Source: Torpedo marmorata
Lineage: Eukaryota
Reading direction: 5' to 3'
NCBI GenBank assembly: GCA_977017645.1
Contig: OZ360222.1
Span: forward strand, 209,374,001 to 209,438,000
DNA length: 64,000 bases
A program made the translations under genes and the position numbers. The notes under the pieces are model-generated. The model was not told the origin of the DNA and did no database searches. It worked only from the letters and a program-made list of their open reading frames with translations. Positions 50,535 through 63,990 of this stretch are shown piece after piece (positions within the stretch are counted from its first letter, which is position 1; each line of letters starts with the position of its first letter).

Positions 50535-50904
50535 ACACTTAGATGATTTTTTTGAATTGTCAACTTTTTTCTGACTGTATCAGTTTAAAAAAAAATGATT
50601 CATTAACTCCTCTGAGCTTTGTAAGATGATATATGCGCAGAAATAGAATGCCGGCTAATTACCACATCGCAGTCCAATGGGCAAAGTAACTTGAAAGATT
50701 CTCCATGCCAGCCCAAGGCCATAGTCATAGCTAAACGTGGCCATAGGCTTTATTGGAATGGCAGCAGTGGTGTGTAATACCAGATACCTTGCCACAGAGT
50801 GCCATTTAGAGGGGGGTGAGATGTCACCTTGATTTTGCCCTGAGATAGCTGGTAGGCTGAACTGGGGAACAGGATGTTTCAAGAGAACCCCTTGATAGTG
50901 CTGT

Positions 50905-51120
50905 GAGTTCAATTTCAAGTTTAAGTTCAAGTTCAAGTTTATTTACCATCCGATTGTCCAAGTACAACCCAACGAAACAGCGTTCACCGGTCCTCGGTGC
51001 TAAACACTGCAAACACACAGACAGACAAATGCAACATATGCACAGTACGTATATACAAATATTAAAATAAATAAATATTATTGTTAAATAAATAGTAGAG
51101 TCACGCAGAGTTAGAGTGGG
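50905..51120 (-). mobile_element. Rex1-type 3' tail
   Basis: (AAGTTC)n-TTTATT...AAGTACAACCC...GGTCCTCGGTGC, nearly the same as the tail of the Rex1 at 60760-61345. Confidence 0.75.
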
Positions 51121-53023
51121 AGGAACATTAGCATTTCTTGGATTTTTTTTGCGTGCTCCTCTGCATTGGCTGTTGGGTGTCTGCCTGACAAGCCTTCCTC
51201 TTTTGCTCTTGAAATTCCCATTCTGTGTCCCACAACTGAAACAGTACCTGTTCTGGGGCATCTTAGGGAAGTGAAGATTTCATATTTATCTAAGATGCTT
51301 CATGTCTATTTCAACCTGGCATAATCGATGATAAAAGAACCCATCAAGACAGTGTTCGGGGCTGAAGTTGAAATCTGAAGCAGGGTAAGAAGCAGGGAAC
51401 CAGGCAACTTGAGTTGAATTTCTGTCCTAATTTCTGTTTTAATTTGAAAAAAAAACTCAGCAAAAATGCCTATGTTTTCTCATGAAACAAAACTCAAAAC
51501 ATTCTGCAGCCTGTATTTGTCTTTGTGACTTGTTTGAGTAGGTTCACAGTAGGCTGCCAGGTGATTTATTGTATGTCAGAGGATTAGATTTTGAAGTGAA
51601 ACATAGGCTTCTGGGTGTTCGTTTTTTCTTTGATGTGTTTAGCTGAAATTTGGCCTTTGCTCAGCAGCTGCCTTGGGTACAGAGCCAGTTGGAGTGGAAC
51701 GCGTTGTGGGCAACGAGTTGCGGTGCCAGCTGAAAGAACAAACTCCATAATTATCAGACTGGAGCTTTAACACCAGCATGTCATCTGGGCAGGGGCACTG
51801 GAGACTGGTGGAGACGGTGCCCAGAGATGCCAGCTGGCTGGAGAGCCTCATTGATCTGAATCCACATGGCACGGTCTCACCAGGAGTCAGACAACATGGC
51901 CATGCCAAGTGAAGCATCCTTTCAAAGGAGGAGATTGTTCTGATCTTGCGGGGGGTGATGGGTTAAGTTCATGAAACTGCATGTGTTCGTTTTAGACACA
52001 GGATTCAAGTCTCAATGTCAGGAAAATACAACTGATAGATCTGGCACAGAGTGCTGAACAAAATGCATGGGGCGAGCAAAGCTGAATTCTTCTGTTGATA
52101 ATATTGGCCTGGATTGTTGCAGCATTCAGGAAGAGCTGGTCAGACCTGGAGCCATTTCTCTCCAGCTCCACTTTGTTTGTTTAGTTTCTGTCTCCTGTGG
52201 TGCCAGGTTTGTGAAATTGTCTTGTGTTTGTTTCTTGCTGCCCTTGGATCCCAGCTCTCTGGATTCTTTTCACTACAGATTTGTGGTATTAACCCTTTAA
52301 CACACTAATCTGCTCATGAGTACACACTAGCCAGCTCCGGGCATTGCTCTCAGCTTGTATACTTTCTTAAGTTCCAAAAAAAAGATGGAAACTCTTCCAG
52401 ATCCACCATAGCCCTGTGCTTGCCATGCCTCTGGGTACTGTTGGGTCTGAGAATGTAAACTTCCTGTCCTTGATACCGAGCGGGACATATGATGAAATAT
52501 CCTTGGCTGAAGGGGCATTGTTTGAATATATTTTAGCTATCTAAATATATTTTGGATATTAATGTTCAGGGTGATATCGATAATTTTCCATGTTGTAGCA
52601 AATCTAGGTAATGTAGTTGTATGTTTGGAAGGTTGTGAAAGAAGGCACAGAGGGGTTATAAGATCCCCTCTATTTCGGTCCCTCAACTGAGTTGATCTTC
52701 TCTGATGCCTCCCAACCTATTTGTGGTCAGATTTAGAACATGTTTCTGATCCTTCTTTGCTCATTGTCAAATGAAAAAAGGGACATAAAGGTAGCAATAA
52801 GACAGGAAAGATCAAACCCAGTGTCCTGTGTTCCCACCACAAACTGTTCCCTGGCCATTGATGCCATACCTCTCTCTGGCAATTATGAGTGAAACAGAAG
52901 ACATACAATCGTCCTGAACCAAGCTGTTCAAAACAGTGGGTTACAAGGAGCAAGTCATTATGTTGCTGAACAGGCAGAATAAGTTTTAAACAGTTGATTC
53001 AGACATCAGTTTGAATCCCACAA

Positions 53024-53243
53024 CAGTAAAAGCCCTGTTATCCAGAATTTAAGCAACTAGCAGCCTCAAGCAACCGGCAAAAATATTGTGGAAAATAAAT
53101 ATGTAAAAAATATGAAAGTTTAAAATTGCCGCAGCTCGCCATTAGTTCGCCTATCACGCAACACACAATCTCAAGCAACCAGAAAGTTCACTTATCCGGC
53201 ATCTACCAATTTGCATAGGTGCCGGATACCAGGGGTTTTACTG
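53024..53243. mobile_element. MITE, second copy of the 35226-35446 family in opposite orientation
   Basis: CAGTAAAAGCCCTGTTATCC ... GGATACCAGGGGTTTTACTG; the body is the reverse complement of the first copy. Confidence 0.8.
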
Positions 53244-53647
53244 CAGTTAAATGAACCTCTAATTTAAAAAAGAGATGTTACCCACAATTGTTGTGAAAAC
53301 CCATTTGTTTCATGAATCTGCCATCCATACCTGATCTGCTGACACATGACTTCAGACCCACTAACATTGTTGACTATAAACTTTACTCTCAGTTGAGGAA
53401 CAATTATGGACAGACAATAAACGTCATATTCACATTCTGTGGAGAGATAAAGAGATCTGTTCTGTTTGACTTTGACTTAAGCCTCTACCCACAAACCTGC
53501 ACACTCGCTAAGACCGCTACCTCTTCCTCTGTCCCTTCACCCACCTCTATCCCTGCCTCAGTTCATCAGCTTTTCTAACATCTCATCCTCTCAGTTTCCA
53601 TCCTCTTTAAATTTAAGATCGTCCACTGAGGTTACACAATCAGAGAG

Positions 53648-53962
53648 ATGCAGTGGGATGGATGGCAGAGCTGCTACTTCACAGCACCAGAATTCCAGGT
53701 TCAATCCTGACCTCTAGTTCTAACTGTGTGTAATTTGCACATTCTCTCTGTGGCCACATGGATTTCCTTTGGGTGCTCCAGTTTCCTCTCACATCCAAAA
53801 TGTTGCAGGTCAGCCATGTGTAGATGAACAGTAGGAATTGATGGGGACATGAGGAGATTTACATGGGAATTAGTGTAACATTGGTACAGATAGGTGTCTG
53901 ATGGTCGACGCGGACTCAATAGACCAGAAGACTGCTTCAGATGCAGTATGACTCTGTGACTC
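53648..53962 (+). mobile_element. Older V-type SINE
   Basis: AGAGCTGCTACTTCACAGCACCAG...GGTTCAATCCTGACC, V domain, CR1-like tail TATGACTCTGTGACTCT. Confidence 0.75.
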
Positions 53963-54004
53963 TAAAACTCTGCTGTATATATCCCAATTCCAAAATGTGC
54001 ACCG

Positions 54005-54382
54005 GTTCACCCCATGGTGCTTTCTGACCCAGACTGATCCCAGTAAAGCAGTCCCTTAAAATACCCATCCTTGTTATCAAATCTCTCCATGAGGTTCCTA
54101 TTACTATAATCTCCTGGTCTTGGCTTTCCTCTAATCTTATCCCTTTGGACAGCTCTGATTTAAATCACTCCACCACTCTCAGGCATGCTCTCAGCTACCT
54201 GGGTCCAAAGCTCTGGAACTCTCTAAATCTCACCACTTTTCTGCCATTAAGCTCCACCTCCTCAACCAAGCTTCATTTCATCTGCCCCAATGCATCCTCA
54301 GATTGTGTTTGAAAATACTCCTGTGTAACATCATGGGACATGCTGCTCTGTTAAAGTTGCTACCTAAATACAAGTTGTTGAT
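54005..54382 (+). mobile_element. Old L2-type LINE 3' end
   Basis: AAGCTCTGGAACTCTCT...CTCCTGTGTAACATCATGGGAC...GTTAAAGTTGCTACCTAAATACAAGTTGTTG resembles an L2 terminal motif. Confidence 0.6.
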
Positions 54383-56486
54383 GTTTGAAGCAGGGCTGTA
54401 CTAACAACCACAAAGGCAATAAAAGGGTTATTTTAGAACTATAGATTTAATAGAACCATCAGTCCTGGAGACATTCTTCTACCTGCAGGGAATTGCTTAA
54501 CAACTGCCCACAAATTAGGAGTGCACAGGATTTGGAATCAGAGGCAAAGATTTAGTGGTTTAAAAATCAATAAAAGTGCCAGAAAGTCTTGTATACTTGT
54601 GTTATTTGTAAACTATAAATAAAATATTCTCAAAGGGATACCATTTTCCAAAACATTGAATACGTAGTGCATGAAGTTCTTTATAATTTACAAAATGTGC
54701 ATGAAATACCATCTGATCATAAAAAAGTACTCCAGGTATATTGCTTTAATGTTCATGCTGTTACATGGACTAAGGTGGCAGCCAATTTACACATAGCAAG
54801 ATGTAACAAACAACAATAGAACAAATGACTTGTTCATTTCATTTGAAGGTGTTGGTTGAATGATGTACCAAGCAATGCAAGACAAACAGGAACTTCTAAA
54901 CGTTCCGCACATTTGGATAATTTCCTCAGCTGTCCTCCAGGCTAGCACCAGCACACCCACACACCACCTCCACAGCCAACCCCCATAAATGCATTGCCCC
55001 CAGGTAGCTGAGGCAGAAGTCCTCAGGGAGCTTCAGGGTCATCCTCATTTCATCTCTCTCTGAGATCTCTCTCTGTCCCAAACTACCTCAGAGAGATCTG
55101 CTGGGGATTGATCACGGAGAGCACAGGTTCTCCTAAAGTTACTTGGCATGGAAGGGAAACAGGCCAATACCTCGTAGTTTGTTTCATCGTTAAGTTTTGA
55201 ACTGGAATGTAACAGTTTGGGAAAGGCTAAGAAAAAAGATATTGTGACCTGAGACAGATATCCTATTTTTAGGAATATTGGTGACATATAGGCCTTTTTT
55301 ACACAGCCATCTCCCACATTCACTTGGAGATGCCTATGAACTATGCAAGCTTCAATAATAGTGCCATAACTAACAAAAGAGTGTTTGAGTTCGTAAGAGA
55401 GTACAGGTGAATTTCACGCATTGTAAAGGGACATGTTGTCAGGGAAGGATGGGTAATTTGAAGGGTGCTTAAGAATGTGTTTATGATGTTGGTGCTTTTA
55501 GTGGCTCAGAAGAATGGAAGTCTATACATGGTTGGTTACTACAGAGACCATCTCAGCATTACCATTCAGTCTGCAGTGCATTTGTTATCAGAATTCAGAC
55601 ATGTGTAGCTAGCTATCCCATTCTCTCAGTACAGGAGAATAACCTGTTTACAAACTGCTGTCACTTCTAAATAACATGGATTCCTAATACATTCTTTCAT
55701 TTTGTAATCCTCTATTAGTTTCCATTTTATCCAATTCTGTGTCATTTTCCCATTTTGCTTTGGCCCATTATTATCCCACACCTCTCTCTCTCTCTCTCTC
55801 CCTCTCTTCCACACTCCTTTCTTTCTCTCTCTCTGTCTATCATCCTGCTTGTTGCTTACACTGAGAAGCAATGGATATTAATCATCCCAGCTCCAGTAGA
55901 AGCATTTATCAGCTGCGACAGTGCAGTTTGGACAATTAAACAGAAGAACAAATCATTTTTTTAAATTGCTACATGTGGGAGCTAGTGGCAAACATACAAA
56001 GTATCGGTGGCTGTTGGAAATTAAACATAAACAGATAATAAAAAGGAGTTACCCGTTGGGAAAGATAGAGTATTTACAAGAGAAGATCTGCCTAACTGGA
56101 CCACTAATTGGTGTTCATTATCTCACATTGATTTAATTACGTGCTGCGCATCAATATAAATTGCCTGCCGCCCACAACAGGGATCAGGATTGGGGCTCTC
56201 ATCTGGTGAAATGGGAGAAACAAATGTCTCACACCTTTTATTTTGAACATGAGGGTCACCGATCAATGTGGTGCATCCTGCGATGGCGAAGCGATGCACT
56301 TAGTCATGCACCTGCTGGGCATCCCCTCCTGTTTCCTCTGGTGAAGCTGCAAACTGCCAATTAACTGGAGTGTAATTAGTGAGAGTAACATCATAATATG
56401 AGGGCCAGGCACATGCACCTTTTCCACACTTTAATAAGCCTCCGTTGGATTCTTGTTGTCTTTATGCCTGTTCATTTGGCCCCTTG

Positions 56487-56759
56487 NNNNNNNNNNNNNN
56501 NNNNNNNNNNNNNNNNNNNNNNNNNNNNNNNNNNNNNNNNNNNNNNNNNNNNNNNNNNNNNNNNNNNNNNNNNNNNNNNNNNNNNNNNNNNNNNNNNNNN
56601 NNNNNNNNNNNNNNNNNNNNNNNNNNNNNNNNNNNNNNNNNNNNNNNNNNNNNNNNNNNNNNNNNNNNNNNNNNNNNNNNNNNNNNNNNNNNNNNNNNNN
56701 NNNNNNNNNNNNNNNNNNNNNNNNNNNNNNNNNNNNNNNNNNNNNNNNNNNNNNNNNNN
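56487..56759. other. Assembly gap
   Basis: N run. Confidence 0.98.
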
Positions 56760-58509
56760 TGTGCTTATATTTGTAAGTACCTTTGTTCCATGTGCAAGTG
56801 TATATGTGTGCAGCTGCGTCTGCAAGACAATGTGACCACCTCTATCTTGAATATGTTTGTGTTTGTTTTCCTGGTTGTGTGTTTGTTTTACTGTGCTTCT
56901 TGGAATATTTGTTGTCCTATGTATATTTCTAAGGGTTCAGATTATATTATTCAGATTCAACTTTATGAATATTGAAACTTAATTTAAATATTTGCCAAAT
57001 ATCACTACTGTTTCACAGACAAATTCTCAGTGTGGCCCTTAAAGAGACTCAAATGGAGGGTATTCAGTAAAGCAGTCTCTGTCATTCACTTGCTCCTTCC
57101 TGTCACTAAAATAGCTGAAGTGCTCACGTCATTAACTAAAGATCTACCAATATCTGTGCGATGGAAAAAAGCAGCATTTAACAAAAATATAGGGTTAATG
57201 ATCTGTCAGGAAGCAACTGGAAGATGTTCCCGGCATTTTCTCAGGCACTGTTAACCTTTATAACAATGCATGCATTTTCGCAGCATTTGACAGCAAAGCA
57301 AGATTTTCAATTTGGTGACTAAACAATGATGATTAACTAATTAGTTGGATTTGAAGAGGATCATCTTAGCTAATTTTTATCAGACAATAATGATCCGAGT
57401 ATTGTCTGGCATTTTATTTGATTTAGTCAGTTGTTGGGCAGTAAGTAAACTAAGTAGCACCCTGAATAGAGTTAGCATTCCAATCTACATTAAAGGAATA
57501 TACTGGATTTTTTTTTATTGTGAATCATATCAAGAGATACAAGAACATATGATCAGAAAAGTGGATGAAGGTGATTTGCAAATAAAACAAGTCTAACACA
57601 AAGACAATCATTACGATAAGGCAAGTATTTAGGGTCTGGAATGCATCGCCAGTCGCAGTAATTGAAGCACTTTCAATTGCAGGGTCCAAAAAGATCTGAG
57701 TGAGCTTCTGAAAAGAAAGAACATGCAGGACAAGGAGGGAGAGAGGTGTGACCAGTTGAATTGATCTGAAAAGAGTCAGTCGAGATTCAACAGGCTAAAC
57801 AGCTTCCTTCGATGCTGTAAACATTCTGTAAGATTGATTAGGGAATATCTGAAAAGGAAAAAAATAGAGGTGCGGAGGTGGGGAGCTTAGGCTCTTGGCA
57901 GCTGAAGGCATTGTTACCAGTAGCGGGGTGACTGAAATCAAGGACGGTCAAGTTACAGAATTCAATGAGCACAGATATCTTGTAAAATTATAGGGTTGGA
58001 AGAGATTACAGGGATTAGAAGGGGTACAACATGGAGGAACTTGAAAACGACCAATTCTCAATTTAACACTGTCACCTCATAATAAGATTTGATTTACATC
58101 ATGATTTGGAATCAAATTAATGAAAATAGCTGTACTGAACTGGTCCACAGAAAGACATCAATGTCAATATGCAGGATGAACAAACGTATTTAAACATTGC
58201 CTTCAATGCTTTTAATCAGCCTGTGGCAGCACATTATTTTGAATGTAAGGTTATTGAACAATCCTCATCTATTTGTACAATCTAATTGTACCATGAGCCC
58301 AAGACCCTCCATACAAGGGTTGTTAGGTTCACAGAAGGCCGTAGAAATAGTGTGAAAATAACAGTCCATTCTGACTGGGTAAAGGACAGTACAGAATGTC
58401 TCCTCTTGATTTGTGATTGTAATCTGAAAGAAGCTGCAGTGTAGAGGATGGGAGAAGGGGAGATGGAAGTAAACATTCCAGATTGGGAAGCATCTCCAGA
58501 GGCTTGAGC

Positions 58510-58761
58510 ACATACAGCACCAATAGCCTGAATACGACTGGGATTGTCTGATCTCGGAAGCTAAGCAGGCACAGGACCGGTCAGTACTTGAAGGGGAGAC
58601 CGCCTAGGAACACCAGATGCTGTAGGTTTCTATGAGGGGCGCTGGACAAAGTAGTGACTCTCTGTCTGCCTTACGGTAGACAAAAATTAAAGAATTTCAT
58701 GTATGTTACATTCTAAATGTAGTATTACGTGACAATAATGGAACCTTTAACCTTTAACCTT
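58510..58761 (+). mobile_element. 5S rRNA-derived SINE (SINE3 type) with Rex1-like tail
   Basis: 58510-58629 is collinear with vertebrate 5S rRNA (GTCTGATCTCGGAAGCTAAGCAGG...AGTACTTG..GGGAGACCGCCT.GGAA.ACC...TGCTGTAGG). A ~130-bp tail follows, ending TGACAATAA and (AACCTTT)n. Confidence 0.82.
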
Positions 58762-59483
58762 ATGCTGAAGCTTCATTGTTGTCTGCAGGGAGTGCTGGCC
58801 AATGGGACTCCCATCGTTCAGTTAATGTGAGAGGCTGCCTGTTCTCTCAGGTAGTACCATGGGACTATTTTGAAGCTGTCCTGCCCAATACTAAAGCCGG
58901 GTATAGGGGATGTATTGGTGCAGGTGAATCCACTTGCCAAACTGAATTATGCCTGATTTGACCTCTGGCAAGAGGCTCAGCAATAACTCCACGACTGTTT
59001 GAGAGGGTTTGCCCTCTGGAAAGGTAATGACTGATTTATTGCAGGAAATTTATCCCCAAATTGTGTGATAGTTGCAGGTAAAATTGAACATTAGGTTACA
59101 AAAATCATGGGCTTTGTCACACAATTTCATGTACTTTGACAAATCAGTCATCTTAATCATATGTGAAGAACTCCCTGGGATATTTCAACCAATGAGTAGT
59201 AACTGTCTAAGAATAACTGGGCCGATTTTATTTTAATAGATGGAGAGAGGTACATGGGATGCATCAAACAGTTGGCAGATTGAAGCAGAGGTGAACCTGT
59301 CAGCTCCTGGACTCACACTCATGATCTAAATTGGGGTTGGTTGCAAACATGAGAAAACACTTAACTTTTGAAATTTACACACTGAGTTGATGAGGTGATG
59401 TTCCAAAATATTTATCAACTAGCAACAGCAGTAGGGTAAAGTGTCAACAAGTTTGCAGGAATCTAGGCAATAGATTTAGCGTC

Positions 59484-59980
59484 TTGGACATGGCTGTGGA
59501 TGTTTTGGAGAAGAGGCCCATTCCCAGAGCTCAGGAGAACTCCGTGCCATTTGCTTGGAGAGAGGTTGCAGACCACGTAAACACAAATGGAATGGATACA
59601 ATTTGGCTGCAATGTGGAAAGAATTTCAATGATCTTGCCAGATCAGCTATGATAATAAACCACTCCCTCCTGCAACACTGCAGGATTTGATGTCTTCCTA
59701 TCTGCCATTTTCCTAATTAATTCAGATAGTATACCGTTAAGGAAGGGTAAAACATTATTGAATACCATAACCAAGCTGGATATTTATACTGGTTACAGTG
59801 CAGCCTTTGATTATCAAGCAGAAACTGAGGAATTGTAACAAGTTATTAGTAGCCCCTTCTCCCCACCCCTGTCTCATCCACTCTTCTTTCAGGATAAGAA
59901 TCTCAACAGCAAATTGGAGGCAATCGACATGGAGATTGGAATGCTCCACGGTCCAGGGAGAAACCGGAGAGGAGGAACCA
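59484..59980 (+). pseudogene. Myb/SANT-like DNA-binding gene relic, probably the Harbinger accessory gene
   Basis: AWREVADHVN...TIWLQCGKNFNDLAR fits the trihelix W..VA..VN...W.QC.K.FNDL pattern; acceptor-like CTTTCAG at 59886-59892. Confidence 0.55.
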
Positions 59981-60759
59981 ACAGGTTCAAATTTTTGCAC
60001 TGTATTTCCTACCATTCACTCCTTGGGCACTATCCCCTTTCACAACCTGATCTTCAGCTGACAAACATGCAAACTTTGTCCTCATGCTCAAAATGGCATA
60101 TTATGTCCTTGTTGTCCTGCAACCTGTAATTGTTGTCAATTTTCTTATTCCTCACCCAGATAGCTGGACCATCAGAGAACGTGATGGGGATGTGTGATTC
60201 AGATGCAATCTTAATGCGATAAGCACCAGCTTTGAAACAGGACTCCTCGGGTAACTCAGTGAAGGGGGGGGGGGAGGTTGGTAGGGAACATACCAGTAAG
60301 TAGGAGACAGGTGGCAGTGAGAAGATGTGCAGAAAGGCAGCGGATGCCCTTGTTATGCAGGAGACAGCAGGGATGTACAGCTCAGCCAACCACAGTGTGA
60401 AAGAAAGATGTTTTCTGAATATGATAGATTACTGGAGGCATTGGCTGTCTGCCAAAGAACTTTCACCACATCAGCTAATGTGGACTACTAGCCTCAGGAG
60501 GGTTCTAACACAAGGCACTGATGCTCTGCAACTCACCCTTCAACATGTGATCAGACCACAATGTCCTGCAGTTAAGTTGTCTATAAAAGAGCTGGTGAAA
60601 CCAGAAATAATATCTCACAGGAGTAATCATGAAGTAAGCAAGGGCCTGAGTATCTACTCCGTCTATCGCAGGACAAGACATCATGTTGATGAGAGGAGCT
60701 TCATTCATTTCAATAGCCTCCTCCATATGGGTGGGGTACACATCACTGGGAGTGCTGTC

Positions 60760-61345
60760 AAGTCACGTCAAGTCAAGTTTATTGTTATCCAATTGCACAA
60801 GTACAACCCGACTAAACAGCGTTCTCCGGTCCTCGGTGCAAAACACGCAGACACAGAACCAGACATAACACACATACATACAAACAGTACATCTGCAGGA
60901 CAAGTATTCATATATACAAATAAATAAATAAATATTGTTTCATGAATATGAGAGTCTCGTATCCTTAGTGTGAGCAGTTCCTTTGGTCGTTCAGCATTCT
61001 CACTGTCCGTGGGAAGAAGCTGTTCCTCATCCTGGTGGTACTGGCTCTGATACTCCTGTATCTCTTTCCCGATGGGAGTAGCTGAACGATGCTGTGCGGA
61101 GGGTGGAAGGGGTCCTCAATGATTTTGCGCGCCCTCTTCAGACAACGATCCCAGTAGATCACATCTATAGGGGGTGGGAGGGAGACTCCAGTGATCCTCT
61201 CTGCCACTCTTATGGTCCTGTGGATTGACCTCTGATCCATTTCTCTGCAGCAACCATAGCACACTGTGATGCAGCCGGCCAGGATGCTCTCGATAGAGCT
61301 CCTGTAGATGGTTGACATAATGGTGGCCGGTAGCCTTGCCCGCTG
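60760..61345 (-). mobile_element. Rex1/Babar LINE 3' fragment
   Basis: [18 protein letters not shown]...LLPSGKRYRSI...NSFFP; (GTCAA)n tail on the plus strand. Confidence 0.9.
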
Positions 61346-62059
61346 AGGCAGGGCTTTAAGGTATCAATGGATTTGAGAGACTTTGCTGTCTCTGGGCATT
61401 GATAATTCTGTTCGCTTTGTCCCCCACTTCGATCAATATCTGCACCATGGACAGATCTCCCAGTTGTACAATGGCATGGAGCAACTTGATGTTCAGTGTT
61501 CAAACTACTGGACTAGACTCACCAGCAGCCCAGGTGTAAGCAGTCAATCTGAAAATAACTCTGACTGAAGAAGCAGTGAAAAAAAAAAAGTATGACATAG
61601 AAGGGAGCAAGCTCCAAGTTTATCAAGCCTTCAGAAGGAGGTAAAGGGTAGAAGAGTTGTGACGAACTGTATGAGACCAAGAGTTCCTCTGGCCACACAT
61701 TAGAGTGTATTTGGCCTGATGGATCAATATCAGGATCGAACACACATAGTACAGTGCTACATGAAGTTCAGTGGCTTTTTCTCAGCTGCTGAACCACCAG
61801 CCTGAGACCCTGCTCAATGCACCACATCGCAGCACCTACCTCCCCAGGACTCATACCCCACATTCATATGCTCAACTTCATCTCAAGCATTTAGCACAGC
61901 TACAGGCCTCACTCTCATAGCTTTCACTCACTGCTCGACATCCTGACAGCCATGTCACCCAAAAAGGATGAGCCATGCTCACTAATAATGTCATCCTTCT
62001 TACAGGACTGGGTGGCACAGAAATGCTGCGCTGGGAACAACAGCTGTGCAAAGCTCCAT

Positions 62060-62340
62060 GACGGAAACAGGCCCTTCACTAACCATCGATTTTACACTCA
62101 TCCACCATTATCTCTTTTCTTCATTCTACCCACATTCTCACAACTTCACATAGATTCCACCACTCACTTGGAAACCAGGGACAATTTTCAGAGGCCAATT
62201 AACCAACCAACCCACACATCTTCTGGATGTGGGAGCAAACCAGAACAAAACAAATGTGCATACTCCATACAGACAGTCCCTGTGGTCAGGATTGAACCTG
62301 GGTCTATGACACAGTGAAGCAGCTGCCTATTAGCTGCTTC
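62060..62340 (-). mobile_element. Older V-type SINE
   Basis: GGTCAGGATTGAACCTGGG (B box, reverse) and TGTGGGAGCAAACCAGA. Confidence 0.65.
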
Positions 62341-63844
62341 ATCAATGTCGTCCATAAAACATTGGATTTTTTTTTGCACCTCTCTGGCTATAATCCACTT
62401 GAACCCTTCACCTAAGCCATTAATATAAATTCTAAATACTTGTAGCCCTAGCAGTGATTACACTGACACCTTACTAGTTGCAGATTGCCAAGCCAAAAAT
62501 GACTTAGTTACCCTGTTTTCCGTTAGCCAATTGTTCAGAGATCGATAAAGTAGTGGGTTATCGGAGTAAAATGTTTGAAACTTAGCAAAGAAAGATATCT
62601 GGAATAAAAGTGGAAAATGTTTTACAGATTTATCTTACAGATTTGTCCTCCATGTTTAGCTCTTTTCAACTGCAGCCGGCATTCGACACAGGTTTGAAGA
62701 CATTAAAAAAATGGACATTATCAGATTAAACACCATTCATCTATGAATCTGTGATCCTTTTGTGACATGCTTTTGTTGGCTGGTCTGCTCTCATTGTGAC
62801 ATTTGAGGAAATAAAATTCTGTTTCAGAAAATGTCTGGGCAATCTGCAGCTCCAGCAGAAATTCAATACTTCAAAGGTTGAAGTATCATAGAAACTATTT
62901 AGCTACAAAGCTAAATTTCCCCTCGGGCTGATGTCCTACACTGGAGTAGCAGAGGCAATTACAACTATTCTTTTCTGCTTGCTTCTCAGTTCAGATCAAT
63001 AATTTTCTAACAACATCTTGAATCAAGATGTGGTTTGAGAGTGAGTGGAGAGCTGCAAAGCAAAACAGTCAGAATGTTGTTGCTTCCTGGCTAACCCTCT
63101 CCATCTCTCCTTTTCCTTTTGCAAAGGAAATGTTGAACTTTCTCATGAGAGAAATGAGAGACAAAGCATTGCTGAATGAATAGATCATTCATTTTTTTCA
63201 TTCCCTTTCTCCTCGTATTGTGCAATCATCAGTGAGTGATGTTCTTCTGTAATTTTAAAGATTTGCATCGAAGAGCTGCTGTTTACCTTGGGGGTCGGTA
63301 AACATTGAAATAGTGATGAAGGAAAGACAATTTATTTGGAAATAAGCCCAGTTCTAATTTCATGGGCCTGTTTTTTTTTGGGGGGGGGGGGTTTCTGTGT
63401 ACTGGAAGGTACTGAAGACAATCAGCTAATATGAGAAAAGATAGACGTGAAAGTCTGATTAAATGATTTGATTGGTGAAATGATCCATGCTCTGTGTACG
63501 GTTGAACCCAGGTGGAAAACAGTTTAAAATGGATAATGCATTATTATTCTCTGTTACTGACCATCAATCTGCAGAATTTAATGGGCAGATGAAGTATCAA
63601 TAGGACCCAAAGTTGTTTAACAGAGCCTGATCAGTTAAGTCATAATCATTTCAATGTTTCAGGACAATGACCCATGTTACTTTCTCCACAGACGCTGCAA
63701 AGGGCAGCTTTGATGCTGTCTACTTTGCTTTATTTCAGTAATTCAAGAATGAAAATTTTGGAAAATGATCACAATGGATGGGGATTTTGACTCAGAACTT
63801 CAGCTGCAATCACGTGACACCCCCATTTAAGACCTCAGTACCAG

Positions 63845-63990
63845 GAGCAGGCCATTCAGCCCTGCGCCAACTCCACAATTCAACAGGATCCTAGGTGATC
63901 CAACATTCCTCAATCCACTTTTCTGACCTTTGTCCATAACTTTTCAGCCATTTACTGACTAAAAATTCATCTTTCTCAGTCTAAAATATG
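63845..63990 (-). mobile_element. Old CR1 3' tail
   Basis: CAGGAGCAGGCCATTCAGCCC...CAATTCAA is the reverse of a CR1 tail. Confidence 0.55.

Noticed and set aside
58510-58629. Functional 5S rRNA gene
   Set aside because: Many substitutions, no tandem array, no T4+ terminator, and fused to a retroposon tail.
60325-60927. 200-aa plus-strand ORF
   Set aside because: Chimeric read-through from decayed sequence into an antisense Rex1 tail; no recognisable domain.
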